Numbered from the whole stretch's first letter, positions 11,993 to 22,799 are shown. The stretch is 63,312 nt of DNA, filler included, from Octopus bimaculoides (GCF_001194135.2; 7 parts of 7 records of this genome joined end to end with filler, not necessarily neighbours in it), one strand, 5' to 3'. Numbers and translations: made by a program. Notes: generated by a model not told the origin, from the letters alone.

Positions 11993-12643
11993 NNNNNNNN
12001 NNNNNNNNNNNNNNNNNNNNNNNNNNNNNNNNNNNNNNNNNNNNNNNNNNNNNNNNNNNNNNNNNNNNNNNNNNNNNNNNNNNNNNNNNNNNNNNNNNNN
12101 NNNNNNNNNNNNNNNNNNNNNNNNNNNNNNNNNNNNNNNNNNNNNNNNNNNNNNNNNNNNNNNNNNNNNNNNNNNNNNNNNNNNNNNNNNNNNNNNNNNN
12201 NNNNNNNNNNNNNNNNNNNNNNNNNNNNNNNNNNNNNNNNNNNNNNNNNNNNNNNNNNNNNNNNNNNNNNNNNNNNNNNNNNNNNNNNNNNNNNNNNNNN
12301 NNNNNNNNNNNNNNNNNNNNNNNNNNNNNNNNNNNNNNNNNNNNNNNNNNNNNNNNNNNNNNNNNNNNNNNNNNNNNNNNNNNNNNNNNNNNNNNNNNNN
12401 NNNNNNNNNNNNNNNNNNNNNNNNNNNNNNNNNNNNNNNNNNNNNNNNNNNNNNNNNNNNNNNNNNNNNNNNNNNNNNNNNNNNNNNNNNNNNNNNNNNN
12501 NNNNNNNNNNNNNNNNNNNNNNNNNNNNNNNNNNNNNNNNNNNNNNNNNNNNNNNNNNNNNNNNNNNNNNNNNNNNNNNNNNNNNNNNNNNNNNNNNNNN
12601 NNNNNNNNNNNNNNNNNNNNNNNNNNNNNNNNNNNNNNNNNNN

Positions 12644-12699
<56 letters not shown>

Positions 12700-13137
12700 T
12701 TATACACACAAATACAGACACACACTCACACGAATACACACACCTATATCTACGCATGACAAACCTTGTCTTCCAGTTCCTCTTGACGAAAATGTTAATG
12801 GCTTTCCATTTATATTCCGTTTTGTAGGGACAATATGCGACACGTGGCCAAGGAGAGAGAGAAAGAGGAGGAGGAGGTGGTAATAAGAAAATAAAAAAAG
12901 GGGAGACAGAGAGAGTAAGTGAGTAAGAAAAGAAAGTGAGGCATAGCGAGAGGGGGAAAAGAGGGAGTAAGATTTAGAGAGGGAGGAGGGGACGAAGTCT
13001 TGAAATAGGATCAGGTGAACGTGGTGTAGAGGAAACGAGTTGGATAGAAAATATAGGGGGGAGAGTGTAGGGTAAGTAAAAGAGAGACATTAAAGGACAG
13101 AGAAAGAGGGTGAGATAAAGAGGGAGAGAGAGGAAGA

Positions 13138-13139
<2 letters not shown>

Positions 13140-13179
<40 letters not shown>

Positions 13180-13194
13180 CATATAGATCGAAAC

Positions 13195-13260
<66 letters not shown>

Positions 13261-13308
13261 CGAAACAGAGAGACTGAGAATTTCAGAGACAAACAGACAG
13301 AGAGATAA

Positions 13309-13360
<52 letters not shown>
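13140..13360. repeat. Compound microsatellite (GT)n-(GATA)n-(GA)n-(GATA)n
   Basis: Directly visible. Confidence 0.9.
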
Positions 13361-13361
<1 letters not shown>

Positions 13362-14412
13362 GGGTAATAAGGTGAGATAGGACGAAAAAAAATAAGAGGG
13401 AAAAAGAAGAATGTAGGGAGATTGCGATGCAGAATATAAATGAACAACAGTGGGCTTGGAGTTGTCTGAGATTTTCACNNNNNNNNNNNNNNNNNNNNNN
13501 NNNNNNNNNNNNNNNNNNNNNNNNNNNNNNNNNNNNNNNNNNNNNNNNNNNNNNNNNNNNNNNNNNNNNNNNNNNNNNNNNNNNNNNNNNNNNNNNNNNN
13601 NNNNNNNNNNNNNNNNNNNNNNNNNNNNNNNNNNNNNNNNNNNNNNNNNNNNNNNNNNNNNNNNNNNNNNNNNNNNNNNNNNNNNNNNNNNNNNNNNNNN
13701 NNNNNNNNNNNNNNNNNNNNNNNNNNNNNNNNNNNNNNNNNNNNNNNNNNNNNNNNNNNNNNNNNNNNNNNNNNNNNNNNNNNNNNNNNNNNNNNNNNNN
13801 NNNNNNNNNNNNNNNNNNNNNNNNNNNNNNNNNNNNNNNNNNNNNNNNNNNNNNNNNNNNNNNNNNNNNNNNNNNNNNNNNNNNNNNNNNNNNNNNNNNN
13901 NNNNNNNNNNNNNNNNNNNNNNNNNNNNNNNNNNNNNNNNNNNNNNNNNNNNNNNNNNNNNNNNNNNNNNNNNNNNNNNNNNNNNNNNNNNNNNNNNNNN
14001 NNNNNNNNNNNNNNNNNNNNNNNNNNNNNNNNNNNNNNNNNNNNNNNNNNNNNNNNNNNNNNNNNNNNNNNNNNNNNNNNNNNNNNNNNNNNNNNNNNNN
14101 NNNNNNNNNNNNNNNNNNNNNNNNNNNNNNNNNNNNNNNNNNNNNNNNNNNNNNNNNNNNNNNNNNNNNNNNNNNNNNNNNNNNNNNNNNNNNNNNNNNN
14201 NNNNNNNNNNNNNNNNNNNNNNNNNNNNNNNNNNNNNNNNNNNNNNNNNNNNNNNNNNNNNNNNNNNNNNNNNNNNNNNNNATACATACATTCATACATT
14301 AATGAACGAATGTACATAAACATATATATACATACATGTATACGGGTTATATATACATACTTATATATATATGTATGTTTATATCTATATTGTGTGAAAA
14401 TGGATGTCATTT

Positions 14413-14443
<31 letters not shown>

Positions 14444-14494
14444 ACAGAAAAATAAACGTATATATAATCGTGTGTGTATGTGTGCGCGTGTGTA

Positions 14495-14530
<36 letters not shown>

Positions 14531-14576
14531 TGTGTGCATGTATGTATATATGTGTATATACACAGATGTATAGACA

Positions 14577-14685
14577 TTCTCTTTACTTTTTTTACTTGTT
14601 TCCGCCATTTGATGGCGACCATACTGGAGCACTGCCTTAAACGTTTTTTTTTTCAGTTGAAGAAATCGACCCCAGAACATACATC
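14577..14685 (-). mobile_element. SINE B-tail 3' end
   Basis: TTTTACTTGTTTCCGCCATTTGATGGCGACCATACTGGAGCACTGCCTT...TCGACCCCAG is the reverse complement of the B tail. Confidence 0.75.
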
Positions 14686-14704
14686 CATACATACATACAT
14701 ACAT

Positions 14705-14815
14705 ACTGCGTGGCACCTTGTGTATGTGTCTTGTAGCATAGCCTAGGGCCGACCAAAGCTTTGTGAGTGGATTTGGTAGATGGAAACTGAAAGAAGCCCT
14801 TCGTGTATATACATA

Positions 14816-14846
<31 letters not shown>

Positions 14847-15090
14847 NNNNNNNNNNATATATGTGGGGGGGGGGTGTACGTGTGTGTTTATATTTATGTG
14901 TGATTTTGCGTCTGTGTTTGTTCCCCCACGATCGCTTGACAACCGATGTTGGTGTGTTCACGTCGCCGTAACTTAACGATTCGGCTGAAGAGCAGGATAG
15001 AATAAGTCCTGGACTCGATTCCTTCGACTGAAAGGCAGTGCTCCAGCATGGCTGCAATCAAACGACTGAAACAAATATAAAAATAAAAGA
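14705..15090 (+). mobile_element. 5'-truncated composite SINE A-(TA)n-B
   Basis: CTGCGTGGCACCTTG...GAAACTGAAAGAAGCCC, a (TA)n/gap linker, then GTCTGTGTTTGTTCCCCC...CTTGACAACCGATG...GCTCCAGCATGGC...GACTGAAACAA. Confidence 0.8.
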
Positions 15091-15567
15091 ATACATACAT
15101 ACATACAGACAGACATACGTACATACATACATACATACATGGAGGCAGTCGACCAGTGACCAAGTAAGCCCACTTTGTGGTCCCATTTCTATTTTTAAGG
15201 GCCGTCTAATTGGGGCCCCGCTGACCCCCTATTTTTACTGAATTTTAAACTAAGTACATGGCATTCGCGACCAAATCGGAGCAATGAAAATGAATCTCAT
15301 ACCGTGAACTCCCAGGGAGTATCGTAAGGAGGTTCAATTTCTGATCGGCCGCTTAAATGTGGCCTCATTCCCCGGAATCCACCATTTTTACTGCAGTTAC
15401 CTCGCTTCTATGTTTAAACTATGATCAGCGTCAGTGATTAGCACATTCGAAGATATAAGTTCCACTATACAATGGTAGAGACCCGCTTCGCAGCCCGATA
15501 GTGGAGCTAGAGGCAAGAGCCATCCCGATTGCTGCCCGAAGGGCTGCTACAAGGCTGGTATATGTGG

Positions 15568-15610
<43 letters not shown>

Positions 15611-15629
15611 GTATGTATGTATATATATT

Positions 15630-15800
15630 CGTGGGAAGAACCATTTTTACGATGCGTACTGCCTTAATTCTTCGAAACACCGGAGTTTTAATGGTGGCAG
15701 CTGATGAAGGGGATGTTTCTATGTGGCCTGCTTGTTTGTTGCACCTTGTTTACCATTTTGTCCTTGTTCTTTTGCCACGTCATGTACCCAGTTATGTATC
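15630..15800 (+). repeat. Interspersed repeat, possibly Penelope-like terminal repeat; inverted homolog at 53085-53245
   Basis: Both copies share GGGAAGA.C.ATTTT.ACGATGCGT.CTGCC..A.TCTTCGAAAC.CCGG.GTT..AATGG.GG.AGCTGATGAAGG. The classification is a guess. Confidence 0.5.
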
Positions 15801-15978
15801 TATATGTACATGTAGATGAACGTATATACATACATGTACATATATATGCATATACTCATATATTGTTTATATATATAGNNNNNNNNNNNNNNNNNNNNNN
15901 NNNNNNNNNNNNNNNNNNNNNNTTAATTAATTAANNNNNNNNNNNNNNNNNNNNNNNNNNNNNNNNNNNNNNNNNNNN

Positions 15979-16123
15979 TGAGTTCAAATGCTGTAGAAGT
16001 CAACTTTGCTTTTCATCCTTTTGGGGTCAATGAAATAAGTACTAGTTACGTACTGGGGGTCGATATAATTGACTTAGCCCCCTCCTCCAAAGTTGCTGGC
16101 CTTGTGCCAAAATTTGAAATCAA
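15979..16123 (+). mobile_element. SINE-C, 3' two-thirds
   Basis: GAGTTCAAAT B-box, ACTTTGCTTTTCATCCTTTTGGGGTC, AAATAAGTAC...GGGGTCGATATAATTGAC, GGCCTTGTGCCAAAATTTGAAA. Confidence 0.8.
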
Positions 16124-16140
16124 CATTCCTTTGTAGTAAG

Positions 16141-16385
16141 GTACATGGCTCAGTGGTTCGGGCCTCAGGCTCACAATCGTGAGGTAGTGAGTTTGATTCC
16201 CAGACCAGGCTGTGTGTTGTGTTCTTGAGCAAGACGCTTTATTTCATGTTGCTCCAATTCACTCAGTTGTAGAAACGAGTTGTGATGTCATTGGTGCCAA
16301 GCTGTGTTGGCTCCTTTGCCATTCCCTTGGATAACATTGGTGGCATGGAGAGGGGAAACTGGCATGCTGGTATCCATAGACAGAA
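16141..16385 (+). mobile_element. SINE-D (tRNA-Met-like head + CORE-like GTGTTCTTGAGCAAGAC domain)
   Basis: A-box TGGCTCAGTGG, loop CTCACAA, B-box GAGTTTGATTCCC. Related copies at 51115-51410 (-) and 60840-60990 (+). Confidence 0.8.
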
Positions 16386-16659
16386 GCAGAGAGGTCGGTA
16401 CCTTTTGAGTACTGGCCAACATAATCCACTTTACCAAAGCTTACTTACTGGTTTAGGTGAGACAGTGCAGGTTTGAGGGGGTCTCTCACAGTCTCATCTT
16501 GTGAGCAAATTTTTCCCATTTGACACTGAAATGTCCCAGAATATTTCAGTTATGGATCAAAGACTTATATTCTAAGAACATAAAAAAACCCCTAAAAATA
16601 TTGAAATCAATCTTCCACCAAAGTTTCATGTTAAATAACACTGTGTAACATGATTCTTG

Positions 16660-17181
16660 TCCTTGGGTAGAAACTATTATTTCTTATTTGCTTTCCCTTA
16701 GAAAGTATGAAAAATGGTTAATATTTCCTTCAAACTATGCTTTTGTTATGGTATTTATTCAAACCCCAAAGAATCCCTCTCACCACATGTCTGTCATGCT
16801 CCCCCACCACTGCTGCTCATCATCACAGATGCACATATTGTTAACCATTAAGGCAGGGGTTTTCAAACTTTTTGACTTGCAGACCCCTTTATATTTCAGG
16901 CTTTACCTTAGGGACACCCTTATAAACGCTTATGAAATTTAAACATAAATATTTGCTTAAAATAACATATATTTTTACATTTATTTATTCAACAGTATTT
17001 AACAAATGGGTTTATTGTCAATTAAAAGATTTCGATTAAAAAACATATATAAAATCAAATTGTCCATAAAAAGTATTTGCTGTCCACGGAACCCCTGTCT
17101 TGTCCTTGCGGACCACAGTTTGAAAACCCCTGCATTAAGGGACATGCTCAAATGGTTAAAGTCAAGCAACTGACAAGCAAA
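16660..17181. repeat. Interspersed repeat family G, interrupted by the hAT MITE
   Basis: After removing 16854-17140 it aligns continuously with 57594-57810. Confidence 0.8.
16854..17132. mobile_element. hAT (Charlie-like) MITE, 279 bp
   Basis: Perfect 16-bp TIR CAGGGGTTTTCAAACT / AGTTTGAAAACCCCTG and perfect 8-bp TSD CATTAAGG (16846-16853 and 17133-17140). Confidence 0.95.
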
Positions 17182-17883
17182 NNNNNNNNNNNNNNNNNNN
17201 NNNNNNNNNNNNNNNNNNNNNNNNNNNNNNNNNNNNNNNNNNNNNNNNNNNNNNNNNNNNNNNNNNNNNNNNNNNNNNNNNNNNNNNNNNNNNNNNNNNN
17301 NNNNNNNNNNNNNNNNNNNNNNNNNNNNNNNNNNNNNNNNNNNNNNNNNNNNNNNNNNNNNNNNNNNNNNNNNNNNNNNNNNNNNNNNNNNNNNNNNNNN
17401 NNNNNNNNNNNNNNNNNNNNNNNNNNNNNNNNNNNNNNNNNNNNNNNNNNNNNNNNNNNNNNNNNNNNNNNNNNNNNNNNNNNNNNNNNNNNNNNNNNNN
17501 NNNNNNNNNNNNNNNNNNNNNNNNNNNNNNNNNNNNNNNNNNNNNNNNNNNNNNNNNNNNNNNNNNNNNNNNNNNNNNNNNNNNNNNNNNNNNNNNNNNN
17601 NNNNNNNNNNNNNNNNNNNNNNNNNNNNNNNNNNNNNNNNNNNNNNNNNNNNNNNNNNNNNNNNNNNNNNNNNNNNNNNNNNNNNNNNNNNNNNNNNNNN
17701 NNNNNNNNNNNNNNNNNNNNNNNNNNNNNNNNNNNNNNNNNNNNNNNNNNNNNNNNNNNNNNNNNNNNNNNNNNNNNNNNNNNNNNNNNNNNNNNNNNNN
17801 NNNNNNNNNNNNNNNNNNNNNNNNNNNNNNNNNNNNNNNNNNNNNNNNNNNNNNNNNNNNNNNNNNNNNNNACACAGACACAA

Positions 17884-17920
<37 letters not shown>

Positions 17921-18084
17921 CGACGGGCTTCTTTCAGTTTCTGTCTACCAAATCCACTCACAAGGCTTTGGTCTGCCCGAGGCTATAGTAGTAGACACTT
18001 GCCCAAGGTGCCACGCAGTGGGACTGAACCCGGAACGATGTGGTTGGTAAGCAAGCTACTTACCACACAGCCACTCCTGCGCCT
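17921..18084 (-). mobile_element. SINE-A, well preserved
   Basis: Reverse complement GGCGCAGGAGTGGCTGTGTGGTAAGTAGCTTGCTTACCAACCACATCGTTCCGGGTTCAGTCCCACTGCGTGGCACCTTGGGCAAGTGTCT...GAAAGAAGCCCGTCG(TA)n. Confidence 0.9.
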
Positions 18085-18154
18085 ATATTTTAAGAAATTG
18101 AAGTAAAGGCAGTATTTCAACAGAACTATGGTAACAAAAGGATACGCCCTAAAG

Positions 18155-18840
18155 GGCATTTAAATCAGCCATATCCAGCCAAGATATTCTACCTGTCTTA
18201 TTGTTCAAACTGGCCTGATTGAGCCTTTTACACCTGCCCTCCAATGTCATCATCATCATTGTTTAACATCTGCTCTCCATGCTGTCATGGGTTGGATGGT
18301 TTGACATGGAGTTGGCTAGCAGAAAGCTGTCGAGACTCCAATTGCCTGTTGTGGCATGGTTTCTACAGTCGGATGCCCTTCCTAATGCCAACCACTCAGC
18401 AGAGTATGATGGGTGCTTTTTATGTGCCACCAGCACGAGTGCCTTGAAGCAGTACTGGCACAGGGGCTTTTTAAGTGGCCCCAGCACCTGGAAGGAGAAG
18501 CCTGTGTGTATGGAAGATATTGGTCTTACTTAGTTTGACGTGTCTCATCAAGTAAAGAAAATCGCCACATCTCCTGGTCCCTTGTCATTTCCTCAGTGAA
18601 GCTCAGCATCCGAAGATCTTTTCTCACCACTTCATCCCACGTCTTCCTGGGTCTACCCCTTCCACAGGTACCCTCCACAATTAGAACTCAGCACTTCTTT
18701 ATGCAGCTGTCCCCATCTATATTCATCACATGACCAAACCAGCACAGTCTTTTCTCTTGTACACTGTATCTGGAATTGTCATATCATCAAAATTTCAAAG
18801 CTATGAGATAATGCATGACTCATTAGAAAAATAATCTAAT
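18155..18840 (-). mobile_element. piggyBac-like MITE split into about 18155-18250 and 18775-18840 by the RTE insertion
   Basis: Left part GCATTTAAATCAGCCATATCCAGCC...CAATGTCAT and right part ATCATCAAAATTTCAAAGCTATGAGATAATGCATGA are near-consecutive segments of the 3761-3986 MITE. Confidence 0.7.
18245..18772 (-). mobile_element. 5'-truncated RTE LINE: ORF2 C-terminus (18526-18771) + 3' UTR + (GAT)n tail
   Basis: 82 codons RYSVQEKRLCWFGHVMNIDGDSCIKKC*VLIVEGTCGRGRPRKTWDEVVRKDLRMLSFTEEMTRDQEMWRFSLLDETRQTK*, showing the RTE hallmarks RL.WFGHV, G.R.RGRPRKTW and DR..WR. One internal stop. Confidence 0.92.
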
Positions 18841-18846
18841 TAAATA

Positions 18847-19060
18847 CTGTAAATCCTCGAGTATAATCCGCACTTTTTTTCCAAAATTTAAAGGCCAAAA
18901 TCCCTAGTGCGTATTATATACGAGGTTAAAAATGAAAAATATTTTCTAAGTGATAAATATGTAAAGGCAATTTACTTGATATTTATTTTTCACTGACGTT
19001 ATTACTGTTATTTCTTTATTTTCTGCAAACAAAGTGCACAAAAAAGCTACACGTTTGCAT
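18847..19060. mobile_element. Probable pogo/Tc2-like non-autonomous DNA element end
   Basis: TA-CTGTAAATCCTCGAGTATAATCCGCAC with a nearby inverted copy GTGCGTATTATATACGAGG; resembles pogo/Tc2-type termini. No second end identified. Confidence 0.45.
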
Positions 19061-19066
19061 TATGTT

Positions 19067-19283
19067 ATCATCATCATCATCATCATCATCATCGTTTAAC
19101 GTCCGCTTTCCATGCTAGCATGGGTTGGACGATTTGACTGAGGACTGGTGAAACCGGATGGCAACACCAGGCGCCAGTCTAATTTGGCAGAGTTTCTACA
19201 GCTGGATGCCCTTCCTAACGCCAACCACTCAGAGAGTGTAGTGGGTGCTTTTACGTGTCACCCGCATGAAAACGGCCACACTC
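19067..19283 (-). mobile_element. RTE 3' UTR-only copy (young, 5'-truncated)
   Basis: Reverse complement of 1-236 with only a few substitutions; (CAT)n tail at the left end. Confidence 0.9.
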
Positions 19284-19362
19284 TATATACAATAATAATA
19301 AAGGACGTTACCGTATATACGTTTACAAACCAAGGACGTTGTATAAACCTCCTTGACTCAAG

Positions 19363-19740
19363 TTAGAGAAGCTTGCTTCTCAACCACATAGTTCTGGGTT
19401 CAGGCCCACTGCTTGGTTCTTTGGACAAGTATCTTCTGCTATAGCCTCAGGCCAACTAAAACCTTGTGAATGGATTTGGTAGATGGAAACTGAAAAATGC
19501 CTCTCATATATCTGTGTGTGTGTGTGTGTGTCTTTGTGTCTGAGTTTGTCCTTCACCACTGCTTGACATCCTATGTAACTCAGTGGTTCAGTAATAGATA
19601 CCAATAGAATAAGTACTAGGCCTTGAATAACATATTGGAGTCAATTTATTCACCTAAAAATTCTTCAAGGTGGTGCCCCAGCAAGGCCACAGTCTAATGA
19701 CTGGAAGACGTAAAAGTTAAAAAATAAAAGGTAAAAGATA
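19363..19740 (+). mobile_element. Composite SINE A-(TG)n-B, diverged
   Basis: Same order of parts as 2867-3258. Confidence 0.8.
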
Positions 19741-19777
19741 TATGTTTGTATGTGTATATATATACACATATATGTAC

Positions 19778-20153
19778 GTGACACTCCGTCGCTTTACGAC
19801 GTCGAGTGTTCCAGTTGATCCGATCAATGGAACAGCTTCTTGTGAAATTAACGTGCAAGTGGCTGAGCACTCCACAGACACGTGTACCCTTAACGTAGTT
19901 CTCGGGGATATTCAGCGTGACACAGTGTGACAAGGCTGACCCTTTGAGTTACAGACACAACAGAAACAGGAAGTAAGAGTGAGAGAAAGTTGTGGTGAAA
20001 GAGTACAGCAGGGTTCGCCACCATCCCCTGCCAGAGCCTCGTGGAGCTTTTAGGTGTTTTCGCTCAATAAAGACTCACAATGCCCGGTCTGGGAATCCAT
20101 GATCCTAGGACCACGAGTCTGCTGCCCTAACCACTGGGCCATTGCACCTCCAC
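19778..20153 (-). mobile_element. SINE-E, about 375 bp, tRNA-derived head
   Basis: Reverse complement begins GTGGAGGTGCAATGGCCCAGTGGTTAGGGCAGCAGACTCG (A-box TGGCCCAGTGG), then a degenerate B-box GATTCCCAGACC. Single copy in this window. Confidence 0.7.
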
Positions 20154-20307
20154 ATACACATATATACACATGGGTATATAGATATGTTTATAAATATGAT
20201 GATACCTGATATATCCATGTATATAGTGGGAGAAGCCCACATCATTCTGTTTAGGTCTTCCATTCAACAGAACTTGTTTTAGAAAGCTGTTCTATACCAA
20301 AACGTCA

Positions 20308-20364
<57 letters not shown>

Positions 20365-20437
20365 AGGAAGGAAGGAAGGAAAGGTAGAAAGAAAGAAAGA
20401 AAGAAAGAAAGGAAGAAAGACAGAATGAATGAAAGAA

Positions 20438-20615
20438 TGTGTGTCTGTGTTTGTCCCCCCAGCATCGCTTGACAACCGATGCTGGTGTGTTTATGTCCTC
20501 GTCATCTAGCGGTTCGGCAAAAGAGACCGATAGAATAAGTCCTGGGGTCGATTTGCTCGACTAAAGGCGGTGCTCCAGCATGGCCACAGTCAAATGACCG
20601 AAACAAGGAAAAGAG
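20438..20615 (+). mobile_element. SINE B-tail, well preserved
   Basis: TGTCTGTGTTTGTCCCCCCAGCATCGCTTGACAACCGATGCTGG...GGGGTCGATTTGCTCGACTAAAGGCGGTGCTCCAGCATGGCC...GAAACAAG. Confidence 0.85.
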
Positions 20616-20700
20616 TCAAAGGAAATCTGGAAAATTACGCTGTGTAGAAGATGGGGGGGTAGGTAAAACTTCCCCACTCTATTACATGTATGTATGTATG

Positions 20701-20732
<32 letters not shown>

Positions 20733-21298
20733 CATTTTATAATGGGTCAACAACGTGGCAAAGCCAAAGTTGTCTTCCTTCGTAGTTTCTTAAAAGTCTT
20801 AAATTAAAAGTTAATAAAAAAGAAAACAGAGTNNNNNNNNNNNNNNNNNNNNNNNNNNNNNNNNNNNNNNNNNNNNNNNNNNNNNNNNNNNNATGAGAGG
20901 AAAAGAGAGTGAGAGGAAGAGAAGGAGCGATAGAATAGAGCAGAATCAGAGGGGGGGGGAGTCAGCGAATGACAAGAAGAGTGAGAGTGGGAGAGAAGAA
21001 TCAGCTTGTGAAAAGGAGAAAGAGTAAGAGAGAAAGAGAAGTCAGAGCAGAAGAGGCAGTGTGAGGAGGAGTGAGAGAGCCAGAGCATAAGAAGACGATA
21101 AATGTGAGGGGGGGGGGGGTTAATGCAATCAGAATAAGACGGAAAGAGAGAGAGAGAGAGAGACAGAGACAGAGTAATAGAGAAACGGAGAAAGAAAGTC
21201 AGCGTATGAGAGAAAGACAAAGTATGAGGGGGGAAATAACTGGAGAGAGAGTAAAATAGAAAGACTGAGAGTGAAAGAGGAAGAGAGTGAGAGGTAAA

Positions 21299-21371
21299 AT
21301 GGCTGACTGGGGTGGATTTACGGAAGATGATCTTCGCCAACTTTCCTACCCGTTACCCAGAACTGATAAAG
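21299..21371 (+). CDS. GORAB: Putative first coding exon of a GORAB-like gene (RAB6-interacting golgin)
   Basis: ATG at 21299 in the context AAAATGGC. Translation MADWGGFTEDDLRQLSYPLPRTDK+G resembles, from memory, human GORAB MAQGWAGFSEEELRRLKQTKD. It ends in AAG|GTAGAA (phase 1), followed by a T-rich intron-like tract. No downstream conserved exon was recognised. Confidence 0.7.
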
Positions 21372-22409
21372 GTAGAAAAAGAAATGTCTACCGTCTTTCT
21401 ATTTCTTGGATTAGTTTTTTTGTTTGTTTTATTTTTTATTATTTTTTTTCATTGATTACTTTGTGATCTTATTGATTTTGTTGTTTTAACGTGTCAAACT
21501 TGTACATTACTTTTGTGCGCGTGCGTGTGTATACCCTGATGTGTGTGTATTTACGTGGGTGTACACGTGTGTATGATTCTGTGTATGTGAGTGCGTATAC
21601 GAATGTGTATATGTATGTGTGTCAATGGTTGTGTGTGTATGTGCGTCAAATGTACACGTGTGTGTATGTGACTGGGTGCATATATGTATATGTTAGTGTG
21701 TGTATATTTGTATGTCAGTATCTACGTGAATGTGTGTGTGTGCTTCCTAACTTTGTTGTTGTCAACCTCGATCCATTAAGTCCGACAGATCTACGCTCAG
21801 ACACGTTCCAAATGTAACAACCACACCATAACGTGTATGTTGGTACCTTACACATTATGAAGAACCATTACTACATCATCCAAACACGTCTTTCCTTGTC
21901 ATTATTGTCTAGTCCCAACTAACAAGACCTAAATAATCAAAAGAAGTCCCGATCTTGACCACCACACCCTCTTTTATTATTTATATCTAGATATTTATTT
22001 ATTCATTACACTTTCAGACCTCGTCTATATAAGACTTCTTACTTTTAAAACTTCTATAAAGATTTAGCTGTTACTTCTAGCACTTAGGGTGAACACGTAA
22101 GGAGGGCTTCCTTCCTCTTTTAGAATAGCTTGACATTCTTAAGAGTTGATTCTGTGGTGCTTTAAAAGAAGTGGCAAAGGCATTGGGTCGGGTTGGGTTG
22201 AGTTAAGATGTGTTCTGTAGGAAAGGGATGAAAGCCACTTCATCACATGCAGATTTTCAAGTTGTTGAATGAGTTTTCATCGTTCTGTTTTACGCGTTTT
22301 GATCTTTATTAATCTGTATAATGATTAAAGTGTGCTAATTAACTTAATTACTTCTCCAGTGTTTATGTACGCTTTATCTCTCTTGCATACAGCACACGCG
22401 CATACATAC

Positions 22410-22799
22410 AGATGCATAACTACAGTTTGATGCCCCCATCAAAAATGTATGTTTATTAACGAAATTTTGCAGAAATACGTTTTCGAGTGTGTAAATTTAG
22501 AAAACAAAATAAGAATTTGTCTACTTGGGGGGCGAGGGGCTTCGTATCGTTCTCCTATGACTTCATTTCCATTTGGCATTTTTCAAATTGTATTTTTTTT
22601 TTCCGCATTTCTATGTTTAAAACAGCATCTCGTAATGTTCACTGGATCTAATCAATTTGACGGCCAGATTTTTAATTATTTATTTTTTTAACTAAACACT
22701 TTGAAACTTCGAAGACTAGTAGAATGTAGATCCTGTTCACTTTCGAAAGCGTATCTCTGCAAAATTTTATTAACGATTATACGTTTTTCAGGAAGCAAT
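22410..22799. mobile_element. MITE-like element with subterminal inverted repeats
   Basis: AAATTTTGCAGAAATACGTTTTCGA (22462-22486) is inverted at 22743-22767 with 2 mismatches. The right end runs into a gap. Confidence 0.55.

Noticed and set aside
12760-12870. Minus-strand open frames ending at AAG|GTTTGT
   Set aside because: No acceptor AG within the upstream pyrimidine tract, no ATG in the longer open frames, and no recognisable peptide.
15680-15715. GAAAC...CTGATGA as a type II hammerhead (also at 53160-53205)
   Set aside because: Only one nucleotide separates the putative cleavage site from CUGA, so stem I cannot form; U16.1 is absent in one copy.
16141-16215. tRNA gene (tRNA-Met/Val-like), and likewise the other SINE heads
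   Set aside because: The acceptor and anticodon stems do not pair properly, and the sequence continues into a repeated SINE body.
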